DNA of 34,908 nucleotides from Verrucomicrobiales bacterium (GTDB lineage: Bacteria; Verrucomicrobiota; Verrucomicrobiia; Verrucomicrobiales; V1-33), in contig JANOAV010000183.1 in assembly GCA_031411295.1 (NCBI GenBank), positions 1 through 34,908 on the forward strand, given 5' to 3'. The notes beneath the pieces were generated by a model. It worked only from the letters and a program-made list of their open reading frames with translations, was not told where the DNA came from and did not search any database. The first letter of the stretch is position 1, and each line of letters starts with the position of its first letter. The position numbers and the translations under genes are program-made. This document shows positions 17,637 through 27,119 of the stretch, in pieces.

Positions 17637-19799
17637 TTAGTAGTCCATCGCCATGCCCAGCCAAAGGCTCTTCATGGCACTGCCTGAGTTAGCTCCCTGG
17701 CCGCTGGAGTCGTAGGTCCCTTCCAGCGTCAGCCTGAGGTTGGGCCGCAGACGATAGGCCATGTGGAATCCAAGCCGCCACACAGATTGTGCATCCTCAA
17801 ATTCATAGCCGATGGCTCCGCTGGCGGAGGTTTGGAAGCGCTCGCTCCAATGACGGACCAGGCTGAGCTGCAATTCCTGCCGATTCACCCGCGGATCCAC
17901 TAACTCTGACATGCGCTCCCGACCTTCGTTTGGACCAACCCCGATCGCCCGGCGGACCTCGACACCGTAATGATCGTTAAAACGACTGATCTCTCCCAGG
18001 TAGGCGATGCTTATCCCGGGGGTCGAGGCGGTTTCTTTCAACAGCGTTTTGAGCAGGGAAAGCTCCCCTGCGAAGCCACTGCCGATGCTCTCATGGTCCA
18101 CGGTAACTTGTCTCCACCCGATCCCTGCATCCAAAGCCACGCCCCCTCCAAGCTCCGCCTGCACGGTGCCGGAAACTTTATTTTGCCGACCGTTCAACCC
18201 CCGCAGGGCCTGTGAATAAGAGGCCCGCTGCTGATAGTCATAGCGCACTTGATAGCCGAGGCCACCCAGCGGAAACTGGCCTGCAGACACCCCAAAGCCG
18301 ACCCCATCGCGATGGCCAGTGACGCCCGCTTGGAGGAAACGATTTCCTGAGAAAAACGCGCGCAGCGCACCGGAGGCCTCCAGTAAATCATCTTCCGTCT
18401 TGCCGGAGAAGCGAGAGCCAGCGCTGGGCGAAATTCCATCCCAATAGCCTTCGCCAATAAACTGGAGCGAGCGGGAGAAAACACCGGATTGGAATCCAAC
18501 TCTAACCTCATTCCAGCGACCTTCCTCAGCATCAATCAAACGCCAGTCAAGCGAGCTACGGGCGCTCCCAATAGCCGCCAACGTGTCCGCAGATTCCAAT
18601 GCGTCGTCACGATCAAGCAGACTTAGGCTGGAGTTGGCACCCAAATCGCGGTAGCATTTAACCGCGCGATCAAAGCTGCCGGTTTTTTCGAACGCTTGCG
18701 CCAAGAGGCGGGAGCGATCTGAAGCACCGTTGGCGTCTTTCGTCTGGGGGGCTTTTTCCAATAATTGCAGGGCGGCATCGGCTTCGTTATTTTTGAGCAG
18801 CGTTTTGGCACGGAACTCAATCACATCTGATCGCTCTGGGGCCATGGCATAGACCTGCTCAGAAAGGGACAGGGCCAAGCGGTGCTGACCTTCATCGAAG
18901 GCTCCTTCTCCTGCCTTAATCAGTTGATTTACTTTGGCATCGGCCAACACTTCCTTGGCTTCTTGGCGAATTTCCGGGGTCAGCGTTAGGTCGGATATCA
19001 TCTTTTGGAGGGCCGCTTCGCCTCTGGCTAAATCTCCGGATCCGATCATGATTTTCGCCTCCATGATGAGCGCTTCGGGGGATTTCTGATCTTCTGGGGA
19101 AAGTTGGTCAATAATCGCCTTGGCTTCAGCAACCTTCCCAGCATCCATCGCCTGATCCGCTGCCACCAGACGGCTGCTGCGACGGAGTTCCGCCGCGCGG
19201 CGGGTCGCTTCGTCACGGTCGGCGGGGCTGGCGGTGGCATCCTTGGCCACGGCATCGTAGGCTATCAGCGCCTGAGCGTTCAATTCCGCGTCATCATAAG
19301 CCGATGCCAGTTCCATGGCGTAAGGGAAAGGGACATTAGGTTCCTGCGCGGCGAGCACTTTTTCGTAGGCTTCGACGGCTTCCTTTTTCTTTCCTTCAGC
19401 CGTCAACTTGCGGGCCGCAGCCAGCAAGGGCGATTCTGGCGCGGAGTCCGGGCTGGCCTCGGCCACGGGTTGCCCTGCATTGGTCAGCACGGCCCGGGCC
19501 GCCGTATCTTCGTCATTTAAGGCCAACAACAAATGGGCCATTTTGACGGCCATGAGCTGGTCTTTCTTCTTCAAATAAAGCTCCATGAGTTCCCGGAGTT
19601 CTCCCTCAGACATTTTGGCTGCTTTGCTCAGCATTTCTTCATCCACCTTCCCAGCTGGCAAAGCCGCTTTCACGGTCTCTGCTGCTGCCAAAGGGGCCAC
19701 TGTGGGCGGGGCGGCGGAGAGCCCGGAGATGAATCCGTCCGTGCTGCTAATCAGCACGAGCAGTGGAGAAATTCGGAGCGAAAGATTAATTATTTTCAT
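17637..19799 (-). CDS. TPR plus C-terminal outer-membrane beta-barrel protein (PelB C-terminal-like)
   Basis: Signal-like N-terminus MKIINLSLRISPLLVL (alternative start 19832), TPR-like helices, amphipathic beta-strands and terminal LGMAMDY beta-signal. Confidence 0.7.
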   Translation of the reverse strand: MKIINLSLRISPLLVLISSTDGFISGLSAAPPTVAPLAAAETVKAALPAGKVDEEMLSKAAKMSEGELRELMELYLKKKDQLMAVKMAHLLLALNDEDTAARAVLTNAGQPVAEASPDSAPESPLLAAARKLTAEGKKKEAVEAYEKVLAAQEPNVPFPYAMELASAYDDAELNAQALIAYDAVAKDATASPADRDEATRRAAELRRSSRLVAADQAMDAGKVAEAKAIIDQLSPEDQKSPEALIMEAKIMIGSGDLARGEAALQKMISDLTLTPEIRQEAKEVLADAKVNQLIKAGEGAFDEGQHRLALSLSEQVYAMAPERSDVIEFRAKTLLKNNEADAALQLLEKAPQTKDANGASDRSRLLAQAFEKTGSFDRAVKCYRDLGANSSLSLLDRDDALESADTLAAIGSARSSLDWRLIDAEEGRWNEVRVGFQSGVFSRSLQFIGEGYWDGISPSAGSRFSGKTEDDLLEASGALRAFFSGNRFLQAGVTGHRDGVGFGVSAGQFPLGGLGYQVRYDYQQRASYSQALRGLNGRQNKVSGTVQAELGGGVALDAGIGWRQVTVDHESIGSGFAGELSLLKTLLKETASTPGISIAYLGEISRFNDHYGVEVRRAIGVGPNEGRERMSELVDPRVNRQELQLSLVRHWSERFQTSASGAIGYEFEDAQSVWRLGFHMAYRLRPNLRLTLEGTYDSSGQGANSGSAMKSLWLGMAMDY

Positions 19800-19834
19800 T
19801 ATCGGAGCTGTGGAGGCAGGCTCTATACGCAATT

Positions 19835-22123
19835 TTACTGCGAATAGCTAGTAGAAACTTTCGGAACTGGGGGGGATTGAATTTCTTCCACATGCTTGCT
19901 CCGGATTGATTCCACTGCTTGGTCGTAGGCAGTTTGCGCAGCTTCTTCTTTACCCAGCATCCGGCAAATATCACCCAGGAAAACCAGTTGGTCCGCCGGC
20001 GGGCTGTCCATGTCCTCCAAATACCGCCGCTGATATTTCTCAGCATCCAAAAATGCCCCGGTCTGGAAGCAAGCTTCGGCCAACAGGGGCCAAGTGGCAG
20101 CATTCGCATCCACTGAGGTATAGTAGCCCCGGGCCAGATCCAGTTGGCCAGTGCGCTGACAGATATCACCCAGACATAAACGCACGTCGGCTGGGAAATC
20201 CCGCCGCTTTCCAATCTGCGCTTTGAGGAATTCCGCCGCCCGCTGATGCTGCCCTGATTGGGTGGCTGCCAAAATATAGAGTGACATGGAGCGCAGATCC
20301 TCTTTGGTAGCAGGCACTTCCAGCACTTCTACCGCATCCCCGGGACGCTCCGCGTCCTGCAGGGCCGAGGCATACTGACGACGCAGGTTGAGGCTGCTGG
20401 GCAACTGAGCCACCCCTTGCTGGAGGACGACCATCCGTTGTCCATCCTTACCGATGAGTTCGAAACTGCGGGCCAACTCCAGGAAGTCATGCATACTGGG
20501 ATGGGCTAACTTCGCGAAGCGGATTTCCAAGGCCCGGTTCAAGGTGGTGTAATCTCCCAAGGACTCCGCCAGGAGGGCCATATTTTCGACCGTGGAATTG
20601 TCGTGCTGGTAAGACTGCAAGGAGCGGTAAATCGCTAAGGCCTCGGCATTTTGGTTCAGTTCGATGTGCAAATCGGCCACTCGCTTGCGGAAGTCAATCC
20701 GTTCGTGTTGAAACTCTCCAGGCAACCACCATTGGTGCCGCGCCGTCCAATAACCGCCGCGCTCGCGATGGTGCTTCTGGACCTGATCTGCGGCTGCTTT
20801 CCAGGTTGCCAGGGCTTTGGGTAAATCGTCCCGCTCCTGACAAAGAGCGGCATACTCGCCCAAGATCGTGAGGTCACGGGGGGATTTCGCGAGTGCCAAT
20901 TGGAAGTAATGATCCGCCTCCTCCATCCGCCCTGCCACCCCGAGAAGATGCCCGTAAGTGAATTCCATACCCGGTGGTTTTGGTTGGTGCATCACGACAT
21001 CCATCACTTTCAGCAGATTCCCCATCGTCTGTAGATCCTGCGCCATGTCGGCCGCCTTGGCCAATGCCTCCGCATTTCCCAAGACCGCGAGTTTTTCATA
21101 TAATGCCAAGGCTTGCTCGGCGTTGCCTGGTTCGGGCGTTTCCGACCACTCGATCCAATGCGCCAACTCCAAGGCGGATTCACTCCATTGGGTTCGGTCG
21201 GCTAATAAAACATGCGATCCTCCCTTCACCGCAGCACAAACTTCCTCCAGCGAGGCCGTTCCCAATGGCATTGCCGCCACCGCTGCGGCCAGATACGGGC
21301 GGAGATCTTTGACTCGACCGCAGTAATTTCCCGCCTGAATGGCCGCAGCCAGCAGGCTGGAGGAGAATTTGCCCGCTGCACTTTGCTCCTTCAATTTCAC
21401 CAATAGCAAGTCCAGGGCTTCCCCTGCCTGATTGGTTTCGAAAAGCAAATTGAAATAGACTTGCTCCAAAGGCTCCGGCACCTCATGGCCGCGCTTTTGC
21501 GCATTGGCGATCCAAGCCTTCAAACAGCCTGCAGCCTCAGCAGCTTGATTATTGGCGCGCCAGCTCTGGACCACTACCTCCACGATCTCCTGAGTCATCA
21601 TTTCAGGCCGCAACTGCATGAGTTTGGAGCAAATGAAGGTGGCCAATTTGGGTTGGCCGCCGTTGATGGCGCGCCGTGCCACGGTGCGCAACAATTCCTC
21701 CTGGTCGTCCTTCGAAAATGCCTGAATTTGCTCGGTCAGTTCCAGCATCCGTTGGCGGCAATCTTCGTGAGCCATGATCCCTTCAGCCAACTCGGCACGC
21801 CCCTCAGGAGTGCCGGTCATCTCCTTCAATTTTAGGGGATCCTCCAAGGCTGCTACCAATGCCACCCGTGCCTGCTTTTGATCCACCTGTCCCTGAGTTG
21901 GCGTTTCCGGTGTTTCCTCCAAATCCATGGCCGTGCGCAGCCCCTGCATGTGCGAGCCATCCTTGAGTTGGCGCTTGGCCAATTCCTGCTTATCCGGCAC
22001 CAGCTTAACCGCCATCCCCAAGCATGCCACCGTGAACAGCACGGGTAGCAGGGGGTGGACGACGCGGAGCCGAGCAGGCTGGGGGCTGGGTGATGTTTTT
22101 ACAGGCATGGTAGAAAGTGGCAC
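19835..22123 (-). CDS. Membrane-anchored TPR protein (PelB N-terminal-like)
   Basis: N-terminal hydrophobic helix then TPR-like repeats; directly downstream of pelA (5 nt gap). Confidence 0.7.
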   Translation of the reverse strand: MPLSTMPVKTSPSPQPARLRVVHPLLPVLFTVACLGMAVKLVPDKQELAKRQLKDGSHMQGLRTAMDLEETPETPTQGQVDQKQARVALVAALEDPLKLKEMTGTPEGRAELAEGIMAHEDCRQRMLELTEQIQAFSKDDQEELLRTVARRAINGGQPKLATFICSKLMQLRPEMMTQEIVEVVVQSWRANNQAAEAAGCLKAWIANAQKRGHEVPEPLEQVYFNLLFETNQAGEALDLLLVKLKEQSAAGKFSSSLLAAAIQAGNYCGRVKDLRPYLAAAVAAMPLGTASLEEVCAAVKGGSHVLLADRTQWSESALELAHWIEWSETPEPGNAEQALALYEKLAVLGNAEALAKAADMAQDLQTMGNLLKVMDVVMHQPKPPGMEFTYGHLLGVAGRMEEADHYFQLALAKSPRDLTILGEYAALCQERDDLPKALATWKAAADQVQKHHRERGGYWTARHQWWLPGEFQHERIDFRKRVADLHIELNQNAEALAIYRSLQSYQHDNSTVENMALLAESLGDYTTLNRALEIRFAKLAHPSMHDFLELARSFELIGKDGQRMVVLQQGVAQLPSSLNLRRQYASALQDAERPGDAVEVLEVPATKEDLRSMSLYILAATQSGQHQRAAEFLKAQIGKRRDFPADVRLCLGDICQRTGQLDLARGYYTSVDANAATWPLLAEACFQTGAFLDAEKYQRRYLEDMDSPPADQLVFLGDICRMLGKEEAAQTAYDQAVESIRSKHVEEIQSPPVPKVSTSYSQ

Positions 22124-22128
22124 TAGGC

Positions 22129-24828
22129 CTAGGGAGTGGGGCTCACTTCGGCTTCACAACGTCCGCTGAGTTTAAGGTTGAGGAACCCCAGAGCATCGAC
22201 CGCCAGTCGTTCAGAACGGCCCGCCGATCTGAGATCCCAAGAGGATTTCGGGGGCAAACCGCCTAACCGCACCTGGCATTCGGGCCGGAAATCATCCACC
22301 ACCAAACGCAACGAGCGCCCCGCAGATTCATGGAAGACAACGGGGGCAGAACTCGTAGACAAATACGGACGATTTGTCACCTGTTCTTTTGCATCGTTTT
22401 TGTTTAGCAAAGTTAATAGAACGACTGACGAATCATCAGTGTGAACGTAGAGTCCCTGCGGCGTTTGGCACCACCCCAAGACCCCTTGGCACCGGGACAA
22501 ATCCGGCAGCGCGGAATTGGCCTCAAGACGGAAACTCCGCTGCTTGCCACCGGTAATCATTTTCCAGCTTTGCGGCCCCACTTGCAGCAACTGAACGTCA
22601 CAACTATCCGCCACCATGGCTGCAAAATCTCGCGCCGTCATCGCATGTAATGGTTGGGTCAAACTCCAATCCAGCACCTCCGTCAGCGCTTTGAGCGCAC
22701 CGAGTTGCGAGGCACTATAAAAATGATAGTAAACATTGACTGGTTTTAGCCTTCGAGGCTGCTCCGTTAACTCAAAAGTTTCCCGAACTTGGCGAAAACC
22801 GTTGAAGAAAGGGCCGCTCCAGTTCCGAGTATAAACGAACTCATTTTGATTGGACGCATGGATCTGGCGCAGGCCGTTCCACGTCATCGTCTTGGGCCCA
22901 ATGATCGACACCACCGGATGCCGCTTCGTGATGGCGGTGTTGCCCCCGTTTAGGTTCAAAATGCCCAATTCTTGGCACACCTGCAACGCTTCCTTGCCCG
23001 GCCGGCAATTCCCGCTCCAGAGCATTAGTTCGACTTTTTTTCCGGGCGGCAGCAACGCCTTTTCTATATAACTAATCGACCCTTCGACTTCACGTTTCAT
23101 GAAGATTTTAGGATAGTTCGCGGTCGATTTTAATTTGAGATTTTTTTCCTCATATAACGGCAAATAATCCTCGTCGGCCTCAATCCAAATGAAGGGGTGA
23201 GAATACGAGTGGGAGGCCGCCTGCACATTGGGCAGCGCAAAGATTGATTTAGCCACCTCCACGAAGCGGGGGGAATCCGCCACCTTAAGGTCCGCCTGAT
23301 CTGCATTGATCTCCGCCTCAATGACCGAACAGGTGACGGGATACGGGTATTTTTTTAAGACTTCATCCCGAATCACCTCTCCGCACAGGCGCTTCTTATC
23401 AAATCCGGTCTCATAGACAAACCCATCGCCATCGATGTGGGAGTAAAAGATCCGCAACCCACACCGCGTGGTGGTATCTGGTGCCGGGAAATTTCCCGCC
23501 GGCCAGATTCGCTGCAATAGGGCAAATGGCTCAAAAAAGGAAAGCACCGAAGAACCCGAGGATTGAAATGTTAAGTAGGGGTCCAGCACTGCTCCGCCCC
23601 ACGAGGTGGTGAAAACCGCGTCGAAATGCATCGGATTAGCAGTTTCATCGGTTGCGTCCAGACCCAGCGCCACTTGAGCCCCCAACGGTGCTCGGATATC
23701 ATTGAAGTCCACACTTTGCGGCACGACCCTAGCCTCGGCATTCATGACCTTATCATCAAGTGTCGCCAGCTTCAGATTGCGCGGAGCTTTTACTGGATCA
23801 AGCGATCCCCGCATTCCCAACCCAATCATCACCCGACCCAGTTCCACCTCCTGCTCAAAAGGATACTGGCCGATGAATAGTAGCTTTAGCCCCTGTCCCC
23901 GCTGCTCGATCGTCCAATCTGCAAATTCCTTCTCCTTCCCGAATGGCAGTTGCAACCTGGCATCGAAAATGACGCCAGCATAGTCGCCCGCCAAGACCGA
24001 AGGTGGCATTCCTAGAGCAACGTTGAAATACTCCACTTCATACCCGCCCCATTCCAGCGCCATTTGCAAGCGGGTGGCTGTCAGCGTATCGGCTTCGAAG
24101 GCTGGTGGATCCCCCGGTTCGGCATCCCCAGCCCCAAAAAGCACCAGAATCCGCCTGGGAGCATGGTGCCATGGAGCCAGGCAAATCCCCAACATTTCCT
24201 CCGTGGTCACAAAGGCAGAGGCTCCTGCAGCTTGAAATTTTGCGGCCTTCTCCATCGCTTGGGCCAATTCCGTGCGCAGCACCCAGTCGATAGCGGATAC
24301 CTTCCAGCCCGATGTCACGGCCCCCTTAACCTCCGTCAACCGGACGGCTTCAGAATGACTCGCGCTGGGCAGCGAGACCCAGCCTTCCGCAAGTCCCCTG
24401 CAGGCCGGGAGAAAACTGCTCGGCACCGCCAGCCAAATCTTCAGTAGGGGATATTTCTCTTTGAACTGCTTCACTCCCGATACCAATCCTTCCGGCTTGA
24501 GTAATCCTGGGTCCCGCAGCACCAACACCACCCCTTGGAACCCCTGCGCCAAAGAATCCTTCAGGGCATTGGTCTGCCAAACGGCCAATTTTCCCGCTCC
24601 ATCCACTTTCCACTCGAGCCAAGCCAGCAAATTGGTTTTGGTCTTTTCCAAGAGCTTGCGATCCACCTTTGCACTGGGTAACACCAACGCGAGTTGATGG
24701 GCCGCCAACACCCGTGTCAGCGGTTCTGGGCTTAGATCCACCACAAAGCTATCCGCTCTGATCAGCGAACAGACGCTGAACAGCTGCAAAAACAGCAAAA
24801 ATGAGAACCAATGACGAGAAAATATCAT
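22129..24828 (-). CDS. pelA: PelA-like polysaccharide deacetylase with degenerate N-terminal hydrolase domain
   Basis: PRRILVL, PAPDTTTRCGLRIFYSHIDGDGF, ASHSYSHPFIW, WSGNC, NLNGG, NEFVYT, RRLKPVNVYYHFYS and GLYVH in the PelA order. Confidence 0.85.
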   Translation of the reverse strand: MIFSRHWFSFLLFLQLFSVCSLIRADSFVVDLSPEPLTRVLAAHQLALVLPSAKVDRKLLEKTKTNLLAWLEWKVDGAGKLAVWQTNALKDSLAQGFQGVVLVLRDPGLLKPEGLVSGVKQFKEKYPLLKIWLAVPSSFLPACRGLAEGWVSLPSASHSEAVRLTEVKGAVTSGWKVSAIDWVLRTELAQAMEKAAKFQAAGASAFVTTEEMLGICLAPWHHAPRRILVLFGAGDAEPGDPPAFEADTLTATRLQMALEWGGYEVEYFNVALGMPPSVLAGDYAGVIFDARLQLPFGKEKEFADWTIEQRGQGLKLLFIGQYPFEQEVELGRVMIGLGMRGSLDPVKAPRNLKLATLDDKVMNAEARVVPQSVDFNDIRAPLGAQVALGLDATDETANPMHFDAVFTTSWGGAVLDPYLTFQSSGSSVLSFFEPFALLQRIWPAGNFPAPDTTTRCGLRIFYSHIDGDGFVYETGFDKKRLCGEVIRDEVLKKYPYPVTCSVIEAEINADQADLKVADSPRFVEVAKSIFALPNVQAASHSYSHPFIWIEADEDYLPLYEEKNLKLKSTANYPKIFMKREVEGSISYIEKALLPPGKKVELMLWSGNCRPGKEALQVCQELGILNLNGGNTAITKRHPVVSIIGPKTMTWNGLRQIHASNQNEFVYTRNWSGPFFNGFRQVRETFELTEQPRRLKPVNVYYHFYSASQLGALKALTEVLDWSLTQPLHAMTARDFAAMVADSCDVQLLQVGPQSWKMITGGKQRSFRLEANSALPDLSRCQGVLGWCQTPQGLYVHTDDSSVVLLTLLNKNDAKEQVTNRPYLSTSSAPVVFHESAGRSLRLVVDDFRPECQVRLGGLPPKSSWDLRSAGRSERLAVDALGFLNLKLSGRCEAEVSPTP

Positions 24829-25155
24829 ATTTTAGAATTACCAGAACCTGCTAAACCACAGAAAGTGACGCTTTGCAAGCCAAAACAGACCTCGAACTGC
24901 CACTGATACCTCTGGTGCGCCATTACTTTATATGGTGATTTTTCCAACTGGGATCACGAAATGTTTGTTTTCCGCAGTTGGTCTGCGTTCAAATTGCGCC
25001 CATGCTGGGCAGGGAGCGAGAACCTGTCGCAAACCACCTCCCAGCGACGCCCGAGGGGCGAAGTTTTTTTTGTTGCACAAGCCTGAAAATCCTGTCACTT
25101 CCTACTGTCGTCCAAAATGGTTCCACCCAGAATCACTAACAACAACCAAACTTAA

Positions 25156-25746
25156 ATGAAAAAAGCAACCACCCTCTTGGCCTCCCTGGCCCTCGCGTCC
25201 TTCGCCTCCGCTGGAGTTACCGCTCCATCTGGCAAGGGTAAAGTCGTCGTCACTCCTGAGGCCCCGTGCCCCAGCGTGCTCACCTACAGCTACCTCGAAG
25301 CTGGTTGGATTCACTTGGACCAAGATGCAGGCCAAGAACTCAATGGCGCCTACTTGGATGCTTCGTATGAAGTAGCTCCCAAGATTCTGCTCGATGGCTC
25401 CGTCACCCTGTTCGAGGACAACGTTGAGCAATACACCATCGGCGTTGGCACTTACTATGCCGTCTGCAACAACTTCCATCTGACTGGCCGCACCGGTTAC
25501 TCCCGTCAAAACAGCAATGGTGGTGATATCGATGAATGGTATATCGCTCCTGGTTTCCGTGCTCAATTCGGCTGCCATCTCGAACTCTGGGGTAAAGTTT
25601 ACCTCAACATCGGGGAAGACGAAGAGAAGCTCTCCTACGGGATCGGCACGACCTACCACTTCTGCCCGCACACTGGCCTGACCGCTGGTTACGCTTGGAG
25701 CGAAGACGGTTGGCAGGTGCAAACCGGCTTCCGTTACTCCTTCTAG
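25156..25746 (+). CDS. Small outer-membrane beta-barrel protein
   Basis: Signal peptide, LTYSYLEAGW, alternating beta-strands and C-terminal GFRYSF; strongly biased codons. Confidence 0.88.
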   Translation: MKKATTLLASLALASFASAGVTAPSGKGKVVVTPEAPCPSVLTYSYLEAGWIHLDQDAGQELNGAYLDASYEVAPKILLDGSVTLFEDNVEQYTIGVGTYYAVCNNFHLTGRTGYSRQNSNGGDIDEWYIAPGFRAQFGCHLELWGKVYLNIGEDEEKLSYGIGTTYHFCPHTGLTAGYAWSEDGWQVQTGFRYSF

Positions 25747-25791
25747 GAAATCTCGTTGCGTCCGAACACTTGCGTTCTGACCGATCACTTT

Positions 25792-25828
25792 TAACCGGGT
25801 TAGCGTTCTGCTAACCCGGTTATTTTTT
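25792..25828 (+). terminator. Rho-independent terminator
   Basis: TAACCGGGTTAGC-GTTCT-GCTAACCCGGTTA perfect 13-bp stem followed by TTTTTT. Confidence 0.9.
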
Positions 25829-25833
25829 GTTGT

Positions 25834-27090
25834 ATGAATTTCCGGACGATTTTAACGCTCATTGCAGGTGGTTTGGCGGCCTTTTTCCTTCCGCGGGAAC
25901 AAGCTCGCGGCACCTTTGCGGATTTGGATCGTGGACACGTGGAATGGCTGCTGGCGAATCGGGCTCAGCCCGTTTCGGCGGCACCCCTGGCAGTCTTCTT
26001 CGCCCGGTTGGATGATTTGGATCATCCGGAAAATGAACGGCAATTCGAAGCCTGGCCGCCCACACTGTTAGAGTGGAGTGGCTTATTGGGGGAATTGGGC
26101 CTGCTGGAGCCTCGCACGATTGTGGTCTCCACGGCGCAGGCTTGGGCCACGCAAACATCCGAGCCGGCCTTGGACAAAGTATCTCAGACCCTACCCGGAC
26201 TTCAGTTGGGCACGCGGGCGGAGGCGCAAGGCACCGCTGAGCCGACGTCGCTGGCCCACCTTCTCCGCGTCCAAGGGGAACTCTCCGTGATCCCGCAATT
26301 CGCCATGGTTCCCGGAGAAGCCCGCCTGACTGCGCTGGGCAAACTCTCCCTGGGGCAGATTGATCTGAGCGATAACCCCCTAGCAAAACCCACCTTGGAA
26401 GGCGGGGTGTTTCGGGTGCCCCTGCTCTTTCGGCAGGGTGAGCACGTGGTGCCAGCGCTCGCCTTGCAGGCGCTGCTGCATCAGTCCAAAATCCCTTTGG
26501 AGCAAATTGAGGTGACCCTGGGGCAAAGCATCAAAGCTCCGGGACTGCCGGAAATCCCCATTGATCCGGCCGGAGGGTTTTCCTTTAACGTGCTGCCGAT
26601 TAACACCCAGGCGTTGCCGCATTTTAATCTCGATACCTTTAAAATGGACGCAGCCCAGCGGGAGCGATTCTTGGGAAAAGAGGATCCGGTGCGGACGATG
26701 TTGCCACAGCTCAAAGGGGCCTTGGTCTGGGTAGGTGAAGACCACCGGGAGGCGCGGCGGTTTCGTCTGGCAGACGGGCAGATGGCCAGTCTGGCGGAAC
26801 TGTCCCTGCGTGCCATCCTCGCGATGCAAACCGGCCGCAATGTGGCCCCGCAACCGCTAGTCGGGCAATGGCTGACCTTGGGAGCGGTGCTGATCTATGG
26901 TCTGTGGCTGGCCCGGCTGCAGCGCTCGCGGCTCTGGAAATGGGTGCTCTTCGGGGCCATGCTTTTGGGGCTCGCCAGTCTGTTGACGTTTCAAGGCACC
27001 GGGCTGTGGATGCCCGTAGGCCCGGGCTTGATTTTACTCGCCATTATCTGGTTGGTGAATTTGGTGGTGCCTGCGGCCAAAGTGGATTAG
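25834..27090 (+). CDS. CHASE2-like membrane sensor without output domain
   Basis: WPP..W..LL, FRVPLL...VPALAL, IPIDPAG and LKGALVWVG, then three to four TM helices and a stop. Confidence 0.7.
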   Translation: MNFRTILTLIAGGLAAFFLPREQARGTFADLDRGHVEWLLANRAQPVSAAPLAVFFARLDDLDHPENERQFEAWPPTLLEWSGLLGELGLLEPRTIVVSTAQAWATQTSEPALDKVSQTLPGLQLGTRAEAQGTAEPTSLAHLLRVQGELSVIPQFAMVPGEARLTALGKLSLGQIDLSDNPLAKPTLEGGVFRVPLLFRQGEHVVPALALQALLHQSKIPLEQIEVTLGQSIKAPGLPEIPIDPAGGFSFNVLPINTQALPHFNLDTFKMDAAQRERFLGKEDPVRTMLPQLKGALVWVGEDHREARRFRLADGQMASLAELSLRAILAMQTGRNVAPQPLVGQWLTLGAVLIYGLWLARLQRSRLWKWVLFGAMLLGLASLLTFQGTGLWMPVGPGLILLAIIWLVNLVVPAAKVD

Positions 27091-27119
27091 CCTTGGATTC
27101 AGCTCTCCCTGATTTCCCT

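Noticed and set aside
25102..25788. 228-aa minus-strand ORF
   Set aside because: Antisense shadow of the codon-biased OMP gene.
26868..27119. 84-aa N-terminal extension of the metal-binding lipoprotein
   Set aside because: Overlaps the CHASE2 gene; signal peptide and lipobox begin at ATG 27120.
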